Assembly: GCA_040776945.1 (NCBI GenBank)
Contig: JAXGZN010000001.1
Coordinates: forward strand, 512,001 to 576,000
Source of the DNA: Methanomassiliicoccaceae archaeon
GTDB taxonomy: Archaea; Thermoplasmatota; Thermoplasmata; Methanomassiliicoccales; Methanomassiliicoccaceae
Length of the DNA stretch: 64,000 bases
Direction of reading: 5' to 3'
Shown here in pieces: positions 19,015 through 26,309 of this stretch. The notes below the pieces were generated by a model. It did no database searches, was not told the origin of the DNA, and saw nothing but the letters and a program-made list of their open reading frames with translations. Positions within the stretch are counted from its first letter, which is position 1, and each line of letters begins with the position of its first letter. The translations under genes and the position numbers were made by a program.

Positions 19015-19632
19015 TCACTCGGCGGCGCCCTCAGCCTTCTTCCCTGCCTCTTTGTTGACCTTGAAGAGAGGGACCATGTCCCTCCCCAAAGCCTCGTTCA
19101 GCACATGTGCCATCGCCGAGTATATGGCCATGGCTCCTGCGAGTACGCCCAGGGCGCCGGCGGCGACCTTCACATTATCAGAGGCCAAAGCCTCGGAGGC
19201 TGAGAGCAGGAGAAGGGTCGCCGTCAGTGACACAAAGATCGCCTGGGTGACTCGGTTGGTGCCTATCGTTCCGACCGAGAGATAGGCGGAGTAGAGGCCC
19301 CACAGCAAGAAGAGCACGGCCATGGCCTCGGCGCTCTCTTGGCTGGCGAGGCCGATCGTCGGAGCCAGGATGACGGTCACGATGATAATCCAGAACAGCC
19401 CGAAGGACGCGAACACGGTCATGCCGAAGGTGTTGCCCCTCTTCCATTCCATCAACCCGGCGATGAACTGCGCGAGCCCGCCGAAGAAGATGCCCATGGA
19501 TAGGATGGCGGCTCCCAAAGGTATGAGGCCGGCGTTATGCAGGCTCAGCATGACAGTGGTCATCCCGAACCCCATCAGTCCCAGTGGGGCGGGATCGGCG
19601 GTGATGTCCTTCATAATGTTCGCGGAGGTCAT
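19015..19632 (-). CDS. GPR1/FUN34/YaaH (SatP) acetate uptake transporter
   Basis: ADPAPLGLMGFG, GGLAQFIAG..E..RGNTFG. Confidence 0.92.
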   Translation of the reverse strand: MTSANIMKDITADPAPLGLMGFGMTTVMLSLHNAGLIPLGAAILSMGIFFGGLAQFIAGLMEWKRGNTFGMTVFASFGLFWIIIVTVILAPTIGLASQESAEAMAVLFLLWGLYSAYLSVGTIGTNRVTQAIFVSLTATLLLLSASEALASDNVKVAAGALGVLAGAMAIYSAMAHVLNEALGRDMVPLFKVNKEAGKKAEGAAE

Positions 19633-19715
19633 GGTCTCAGCGGTCCACCAATTAAGGGGTATTTAATTTGAGGAGGTCCGTTGGAGCGGGCGGGGCAGTG
19701 CCTCCGCATAGACCT

Positions 19716-21614
19716 TCAGCGGCCCCGGCGTGCGAAGAAGTTCAGCACATCGTTAACCACGATCTCAGTGCTGACCACGTCCAAGCGGTCGGAGAACTGG
19801 CCCGCCCTGCGGTCAAGGACCACGGCCACTCCGACATCGGTCTCTGTCCTGATGAGACGGCCGATGGCCTGCAGCAACTTCCTGGTGACCGGGGCCTTGA
19901 CGGTGTACTCCCAACCCCGGCCGAACTTGACCTCATAATAATGAAGAAGCGCGCGCTGCTTCGCGGTCGGCTTAGGATATGGAATACCGGCGACTATGGC
20001 CGCCTCGAGCTCCCGGTCCGGGAAGTCGATGCCCTCGGAGACCCTTCCACCCATGACCGCGAAGAGCACCGCTCCTTTCTCGGAGGAGCCTTTGAACCTG
20101 ACCACCTCGTCCATCAGCTCGCTCTGGGCCATCCCTCTCCTCTCGAGGTGCACCTTGCGCCGGATTCGGTTCAGGATGCCGTCGCCCACGAACCTGTCCA
20201 TAAGCGCATAGGACGGGAAGAATACCACCGTGTTGCGGTCAAGGACGTTGCACAGCGAGACGGTATAGTCCTCCATGCGAGCGATTATCTCCTCGTCCTT
20301 GATGAGATCCTCATATCTCGTGGTCACGTCCTCGAGGAACAGCACCAGACGGTTATCGGGCGGGAACGGTGATGGAAAGGTCATCATGGCCGAGGTCCTC
20401 GGAAGCCCGACGGAATCACGGTATTCGTTCAGAGGCTGCAGTGTTCCGGACATATGGACCGAGGCGCTGCAGTCCAACAGCGTCTTGCAGGCTAGAGAGG
20501 GGTCCATGCAGTAGGCCTCGAACGACGGGTTCTCCCCACCGGTCACCAGTTTGACGTAGCACTCCTCGTCAAGCTCCAGGAAGAACTGCAGGAAACCGCC
20601 CAGGGAATGGACGTACGAGCGTGGCAATCGACCGCGTTTCTTCTTCTCCTCTCTTATAGTGTCACCGTATACCATCATCGACCTGGCCATGTTCGACAGC
20701 CCTGCCGAGGTGGTCTTGAACGCGCTCATGAGGCCTTCCTCGAGGAAGGGCGGCGGTATCAGTCCGTCGTCCTCGATCAAAAACTCGTCAAGCGCCTCAT
20801 TCAGGCGTTTCTCGCACTGCCCGACCACGTCCATGACGCTGATACCCTCAGCCACCTCAGGGTCCCCGAAATCGTCCACCTCCTTGCGGACCAGGCCAAG
20901 GAGGTGGGAGGACAGAGCGACCGAGCGTATCTCCCGTGCGTAATCGGGGAGGTTGTGGGCCTCGTCCACTATCACCACCGCCTCGGCCATGGGGATGTTC
21001 ATCCAATCGAGCAGGTTGTGACGGATGAAGGGCATGAAGAAATAGGCATAAGGGGCGGTGACCACCTGGGCGTGAGGCAGCAGGTCCTTCGCCAGCTCAT
21101 GAGGGCATAGGCCCCGCTCGTCACAGTAGGCGGTAAGCTCCTCCACCGTCGGGAGGTTCTCTTTGCAGTGATGCAATATGTCGTCAAAATTGGTCGCCAG
21201 GACCTGAGCGTAGAAGCGGCAGCCGCCCTCCTTGCCCTCTCTCGCCCGCGCCTTCCGCTCGGCGCATAGTTTGGACAGTTCCTCCGGCGAGCCAGAACGG
21301 AGCTCTGGATCGCGCTGAATGAGAGGACAGGTGCTCTGGCGGCCCTGAAGGCCAACGCCGAACACTGGTCGCAGATCATTGATCTTCCGGAGCTCCAGCA
21401 TCACCTGTCGCTGTTGGGAGTTGGTCCTAGTGAGATAGACCACCTTCTTTCCCTTTTCCAGTGCAGCCTGCAGGGCCCCGCTGAGCGCGCAGATGGTCTT
21501 GCCGGTGCCGGTGCCGGACTCCACGACCAGGTGAGCTCCCGACCTCACATTTGCGGAGATCGCCTTGACCAGCTCTGCCTGATGTGCCCTTGGGGTGTAT
21601 GGGAAAAGGTCCAT
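19716..21614 (-). CDS. xpd: XPD/Rad3 family Fe-S DNA helicase
   Basis: Q motif, SGTGTGKT, Fe-S cysteines, DEAHN, SGTL, SEGIDF, QAIGRLIR. Confidence 0.92.
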   Translation of the reverse strand: MDLFPYTPRAHQAELVKAISANVRSGAHLVVESGTGTGKTICALSGALQAALEKGKKVVYLTRTNSQQRQVMLELRKINDLRPVFGVGLQGRQSTCPLIQRDPELRSGSPEELSKLCAERKARAREGKEGGCRFYAQVLATNFDDILHHCKENLPTVEELTAYCDERGLCPHELAKDLLPHAQVVTAPYAYFFMPFIRHNLLDWMNIPMAEAVVIVDEAHNLPDYAREIRSVALSSHLLGLVRKEVDDFGDPEVAEGISVMDVVGQCEKRLNEALDEFLIEDDGLIPPPFLEEGLMSAFKTTSAGLSNMARSMMVYGDTIREEKKKRGRLPRSYVHSLGGFLQFFLELDEECYVKLVTGGENPSFEAYCMDPSLACKTLLDCSASVHMSGTLQPLNEYRDSVGLPRTSAMMTFPSPFPPDNRLVLFLEDVTTRYEDLIKDEEIIARMEDYTVSLCNVLDRNTVVFFPSYALMDRFVGDGILNRIRRKVHLERRGMAQSELMDEVVRFKGSSEKGAVLFAVMGGRVSEGIDFPDRELEAAIVAGIPYPKPTAKQRALLHYYEVKFGRGWEYTVKAPVTRKLLQAIGRLIRTETDVGVAVVLDRRAGQFSDRLDVVSTEIVVNDVLNFFARRGR

Positions 21615-21680
21615 CCACCGAACTCAGTTCCTGGTGCTAGATGTGCTTTTCGGTGGGTGGACCGTAATGGAAATTGATGC

Positions 21681-22088
21681 CTATGCTCTTCTTTGCCACG
21701 CCTCTTCAGTAAGCTCATCGTATACTGAGAGCGACCCGGAGACGTCCCCTTCCATGATGGATTTCTCGTCTATCAGCTGATGTATGCGCTCCTTCCGGAA
21801 AAGCCAGTAATGGATCCTCCACTCTCGTCCATCGTAGAGCGTGGTCTCCTCTCTCTCGGTGGTGAGGATTCCAGTGTCCTCGAGCATATAGAACGCGTCC
21901 CTATCCTCCGGCTCGAGGATGTTGTCGATTATCCGTTCGCTGTACCCAAAAAAGTTCAGGATATGCTGCGCCATCTCCTTGGCCTGCTCGTCAGGCATGC
22001 CCTCTTTATCTATCCCGTTCCTTATGGCCACCGTCAACTCGTCCAAAGTCAAGGTGCTGTCAATTGCGCTCTTTTCGGTTCTCATCAT
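21681..22088 (-). CDS. Conserved Thermoplasmata protein (DUF6015-like, probable winged helix)
   Basis: NFFGY..RIIDNILEPEDRDAFYMLED.GIL.TEREETTLYDGREWRIHYW block, recognised from memory as a Thermoplasmata-conserved family. Confidence 0.7.
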   Translation of the reverse strand: MMRTEKSAIDSTLTLDELTVAIRNGIDKEGMPDEQAKEMAQHILNFFGYSERIIDNILEPEDRDAFYMLEDTGILTTEREETTLYDGREWRIHYWLFRKERIHQLIDEKSIMEGDVSGSLSVYDELTEEAWQRRA

Positions 22089-22306
22089 GATCCCAACCTA
22101 ACCCCCTCTGACCTTCGCCCTGATAAGGCTACGCCTATAGAGGCTGCATTTTTTTTGGAACATTTGATATAAGCACTTTGAGAGATAATTATCATTTTGT
22201 AGAATGTTAAACAAGGCATATCTCTCATAGGGCTCGACCTTCTTATTGCTTTTCTAGCGAGCCCTATATAAGCCCGATGGTGCTCAATATCAAAAAGGGA
22301 AATGAA

Positions 22307-22600
22307 ATGATAGCGGAGTTCAGCGTGGTGCCTATCGGGGCCGGAGAATCGGTGAGCATGTACGTGGCAGAATGCCTGAAGATCGTCCGGGAAAGCGGGC
22401 TGAAGCACGAACTGACAGCGCTGGCCACGATCCTGGAGGGCGACTACGACGAGATCATGGGCGTGATAGGTAGATGTCATAAGAAGGTGCGCTCCATGAC
22501 TGGTCGGGTGGTGACCACAGTACGCATCGATGATCGGGCCGGGGCATCGAACGAGATCGAGAGCAAGGTGAGGAGCGTAGAAGAAAAGATGAAGGGTTGA
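22307..22600 (+). CDS. MTH1187/YkoF thiamine-binding family protein
   Basis: AEFSVVPIG..ESVS.YV, T.LEG, RV.T..RIDDR. Start ATG 22307. Confidence 0.9.
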   Translation: MIAEFSVVPIGAGESVSMYVAECLKIVRESGLKHELTALATILEGDYDEIMGVIGRCHKKVRSMTGRVVTTVRIDDRAGASNEIESKVRSVEEKMKG

Positions 22601-22606
22601 AAGGGT

Positions 22607-24220
22607 TTAGATCTGGAGATAGTCCCGATTGCCTATCTTGCTGAGCTCGACGGAGCGCACTTCCTTGAACCCCTTGGTCTCGGCCATTTCTTTGACCACG
22701 GCCTCGCTGACGGGGTTGTCGACCGAGACCAGCATGAGGGCCCGGCCGCCCTTCTGGTCACGGCCGAGCCCCATGCGGGCGATGTTGATGCCCCTGCTGC
22801 CCAGCATAGTGCCGATGCGTCCAATGATGCCTGGAACGTCGGCGTGAACGGACATCATGAAGTCTCCTTCCAGCGGCATGTCTAGATCGTACTCGTCGAT
22901 GCCAAGCAGGCGAGGCTCGGAGCCGGGGAACGCCGTTCCCCGGACCTCTCGCTTTACCCCGTCGGATTGAAGCGACACGGAGATCATGTTGATGTAGCGC
23001 TCCGACTCCTCGACCTTCGACTCAACGACCTGTATGCCTTTCTCTTTGGCGATTATCTCAGCGTTGATTATGTTAGGCTGCTCGCCCGAGAGGTTGGACA
23101 GCACGCCCATCAGAGCGGACACGGTGATCATCTTTGTGTCCACTGTGGCAAGGTCGCCATGCACCGTAACCGTCACCTTGGCCACCGGCGCATCGGTGAG
23201 CTGGACCGCGAAGGCGCCCAGGCGCTCGGCTACGGAGATGAACGGGATGACCTTGGGGTCCATGCCCCTCACCGGGGCGTTGACCGCGTTGGATATTCGC
23301 TTGTCCAGAAGGAACATCTTTACATGCTCGGCCATCTCCACAGACACCTTCTCCTGCGCTTCCTTGGTAGATGCGCCGAGATGAGGCGTCACCACTATGT
23401 TGTCCAGGGTGAGAAGCTTGGAGCCGGTAGGAGGCTCCTTGGTGAAGACGTCCAACGCAGCGCCGGCGATCCTCTTCTCCTTTAAGGCGTCGTAGAGCGC
23501 GTCCTCATCTATCAGCTCACCTCTTGCCACGTTCAGAATGATCGTGTTCGGCCTCATCTTCGAAATTAGCTCCCGGGAGATCAGATGGTGCGTGCTGGGG
23601 GTCAAGGCGGCATGTATGGTGATGACGTCGGCCTCCTCTATCACCTGTTCCAAGGGCATGAGGCGGACCCCAAGCTTCACCGCCACCTCCGTAGGGATGT
23701 AGGGGTCATAGCCAACAAGTTTCATCTGGAAGGCCTTGGCGCGCTTAGCCACCTCACCTCCCACCCGGCCGATCCCGACGATCCCCAGCGTTTTCCCGTT
23801 AAGTTCGAAGCCGGTGAACTTGGAGCGCTTCCATTCCCCCTTCTTGAGCGAGGCATCTGCCCATACGATATTGCGGGCCAGGGTCATCATCATGGCCATG
23901 GTGTGCTCGGCCGCGGAAATGATGTTCGCTGCCGGAGTGTTCATCACGAGAATGCCTCTCCGGGTGGCGGCCTTCACATCCACGTTGTCCACGCCTACGC
24001 CTGCACGGCCGACCACCTTCAGGCTCTTGCCGGCCTCTATCACATCAGCGGTGACCTTGGTCCCGGATCGGATGATGAGAGCGTCGTAATCGCCTATTAT
24101 GTTGATCAGTTCCTCATGGGGGAGATTGGGTCTGACGTCCACTTGGACCTGCCCGCCCCTCCTCAGCATCTCCAGCCCCTCGGCCGATAGCTCGTCCGTA
24201 ACCAGCAGTTTGATCATCAC
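22607..24220 (-). CDS. serA: D-3-phosphoglycerate dehydrogenase
   Basis: GRAGVGVDNVD, GIGRVG, NVARG, TPHLGAST, plus ASB and C-terminal ACT domains (DVPGIIG..G). Confidence 0.95.
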   Translation of the reverse strand: MMIKLLVTDELSAEGLEMLRRGGQVQVDVRPNLPHEELINIIGDYDALIIRSGTKVTADVIEAGKSLKVVGRAGVGVDNVDVKAATRRGILVMNTPAANIISAAEHTMAMMMTLARNIVWADASLKKGEWKRSKFTGFELNGKTLGIVGIGRVGGEVAKRAKAFQMKLVGYDPYIPTEVAVKLGVRLMPLEQVIEEADVITIHAALTPSTHHLISRELISKMRPNTIILNVARGELIDEDALYDALKEKRIAGAALDVFTKEPPTGSKLLTLDNIVVTPHLGASTKEAQEKVSVEMAEHVKMFLLDKRISNAVNAPVRGMDPKVIPFISVAERLGAFAVQLTDAPVAKVTVTVHGDLATVDTKMITVSALMGVLSNLSGEQPNIINAEIIAKEKGIQVVESKVEESERYINMISVSLQSDGVKREVRGTAFPGSEPRLLGIDEYDLDMPLEGDFMMSVHADVPGIIGRIGTMLGSRGINIARMGLGRDQKGGRALMLVSVDNPVSEAVVKEMAETKGFKEVRSVELSKIGNRDYLQI

Positions 24221-25284
24221 ATCGCCTCCAGGACCTCGTCCATGTTCTTCAGTAGGCCGCGGACCTCCGCCGGCGTCAGGTCGCCCATGTGGCCGATCCT
24301 GAACGTGGCCTCCTTGATGTCCCCGTAGCCGTTGGAGATCTCGTACCCGCGCTCCTTGAGCCCCTTGTTGAGCTTGCTAAAGTCAATGTCGCCCTTGTTT
24401 ATCACAGTAATGGTGTCGGACAGATACGCGGGCTCAGCGAAGAGCCCGTGATGCTTCTTCGCCCATTCGCGGACCAGGCCGGCCATCTCTCGATGTCTTT
24501 GATACCGGGCGGCCATGCCCTCCTTGAGCATGCGGTCGAGCTGGAGATCGAGAGCGTACATCAGCGATACCGGCGGCGTTGTCAAGGAGTAGTTCTTGTC
24601 GGCCATCTTCTTCATCTGAACCAGATCGAAATAATAACCGCGGTTCGGGACCCCTTTGGCCTTCTCCAGGAGACGGTCCGAGCAGCACATTATAGCAAGC
24701 CCAGGAGGCAGCGCCAGAGCCTTCTGGGTCCCGAAGACGAGGGCGTCGATGTCAAGTTCCTTGATGCGAAGATCGGTCCCGAACACCGAGGTGACGCCAT
24801 CGATGAACATAAGGGGATCATGTTTCTCCCGGACGCCTTTCACGATCTCACTGACCGGGTTCAGCACCCCGGTGCTGCTCTCGTTGGAGACCAGGGTGAT
24901 CGCCTCGGTGTCATCGTCCACCGCACCCTCTAGGTCAGAGGCCCTTACGGCCTTTCCCCATTTGGCATTGACCTTGCGCACCTCCTTGCCGTTCTCCGTG
25001 CCGATGCTTTGCCAGCGGTCTCCGAAGGAGCCGTTGGACACACCGACCATCTTGTTTCTTATTCCGCTCCTGACGCAGCCCTCCAGGAGCCCAGACGCGG
25101 AGGAGGGGGACATCAGTATGTTCATATCGGTGTCCAGGGCCTTGTGTAGCTTCTCCACTATGCCCTCCTGTAGTTGTTCATAGGCCTTGCTTCGATGAGT
25201 TATCATCGGCTTGGTCATGGCCTCGAGGACCTCCTTGCGGACCTCGACCGGACCTACGGTAAAGAGAGTGTGATTCACAGACAT
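24217..25284 (-). CDS. Class V PLP aminotransferase (probable archaeal phosphoserine aminotransferase)
   Basis: GP, ITHRS, NESSTG, DGVTS, TQKALALPPG, FRIGHMG. Overlaps serA. Confidence 0.88.
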   Translation of the reverse strand: MSVNHTLFTVGPVEVRKEVLEAMTKPMITHRSKAYEQLQEGIVEKLHKALDTDMNILMSPSSASGLLEGCVRSGIRNKMVGVSNGSFGDRWQSIGTENGKEVRKVNAKWGKAVRASDLEGAVDDDTEAITLVSNESSTGVLNPVSEIVKGVREKHDPLMFIDGVTSVFGTDLRIKELDIDALVFGTQKALALPPGLAIMCCSDRLLEKAKGVPNRGYYFDLVQMKKMADKNYSLTTPPVSLMYALDLQLDRMLKEGMAARYQRHREMAGLVREWAKKHHGLFAEPAYLSDTITVINKGDIDFSKLNKGLKERGYEISNGYGDIKEATFRIGHMGDLTPAEVRGLLKNMDEVLEAM

Positions 25285-25503
25285 CCCCCAAAAACCTCTT
25301 GGCAGTTCAAGCGCTGCAAGGAGGCGACAGGGACGCCTGCCGGCGTCCTCCGTGTCCGCTTCCCGAAACGCATCCGCCAGAGGCGGTCATCATGGCCAGC
25401 ATACGCCCTGCCCGTGGCGGTGCCAGATAGGAAAAATCCATCTTCTGGGGCATGACAGACCATGGCATGATGCCCACCGGTATCATGGATGGTCGAATAT
25501 AAA
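25285..25503 (-). promoter_or_regulatory. Promoter and long structured leader of the aminotransferase-serA operon
   Basis: TTTATA at 25503-25498, several hairpins, uORF 25468-25307, and a hairpin plus U5 just before the ATG. Confidence 0.55.
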
Positions 25504-25533
25504 CCTTGCTGTAATGGCGGGCGGGCTCGAAGC

Positions 25534-25896
25534 TCATTTGCTCTTCTTGGTCTTGGCCTTGGCCCCGCTTCGCCTTGCCGGCGCTGGCTTGAGCAGCCTT
25601 TCATCCCTTTCGAGCGCGTCCTTCAGTGCTTCCAGCTGCACCATTTCCACGTCGAATATGTCCGAGAAGGGCAGGGAGGCTATGGCGTTGTCCAGGGTCT
25701 CCTCGTCCTCCACGCTCATTATGAAAGCGGCGGAGCGCTGGCCACCGAAGAAACCACCGCTGAGCATACCCTCCCTCTCCATGTCCATCAGCAGCTTGAT
25801 GCCGGGGACGATCTTGTTCCGTACGATCTCGAGGTTCTCCTTTTCGGTCTGTCCCACTCCCTCATCGCGGAGCTTCATCAACACGAGATATTCCAT
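25534..25896 (-). CDS. Small hypothetical protein (muconolactone isomerase/DUF3303-like dimeric alpha-beta barrel)
   Basis: MEYLVLMK...GGFFGGQRSAAFIMSVEDEETLD..I.SLPF pattern. Start ATG 25896. Confidence 0.6.
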   Translation of the reverse strand: MEYLVLMKLRDEGVGQTEKENLEIVRNKIVPGIKLLMDMEREGMLSGGFFGGQRSAAFIMSVEDEETLDNAIASLPFSDIFDVEMVQLEALKDALERDERLLKPAPARRSGAKAKTKKSK

Positions 25897-25941
25897 CGTA
25901 GCACCGCCCCTTCCATGCAGTTGCGACATGATATGCCTTGC

Positions 25942-26276
25942 TCATATCAGGCCGGCCGCGGCCCTGATATCGCGTACGGTGCGCCTGTCCCTTTCCTTGG
26001 CGGAGCCGGTTCTTTGCACGGAAGCGAGATCAGCGTCATGTATTGTAACTAGAGGAGGGGATGCGATCGGCTGGTCGAGGTCCAGATCGTCCATGCCTCG
26101 ATGGTCGTCGTTCCAGAGCGCTGCCCCTTGGAGAGGCCTCCCATGACCTTGCGCTCCCTCTCCCGCCGCTCCAGCATTTCCAACGATGGGATCGCCTGAC
26201 CGGTAAGCATGTGAGGGACGTCTTCTGCCTATCCGCCGTTCGGTCCCTCTTTCAGCATGAACACGGTCACTTGCAT
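25942..26276 (-). pseudogene. Disrupted tandem paralog of the 25534-25896 gene
   Basis: Frame 1 reads MQVTVFMLKEGPNGG*AEDVPHMLTGQAIPSLEMLERRERERKVMGGLSKGQRSGTTTIEA. After a 1-nt shift near 26095 it continues MDDLDLDQPIASPPLVTIHD...AKERDRR. Aligns with the neighbour (GG...GQRS, LD..IAS.P, ERD.R). Confidence 0.7.
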
Positions 26277-26309
26277 TATGCTCACGGAACTGGTCCAGAG
26301 CCTTGAACA

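Noticed and set aside
25285-25503. Known glycine or THF riboswitch
   Set aside because: Consensus elements (for example GGAGA...CCGAAG...CUCUCAGG) not found by eye; kept only as a novel-leader candidate.
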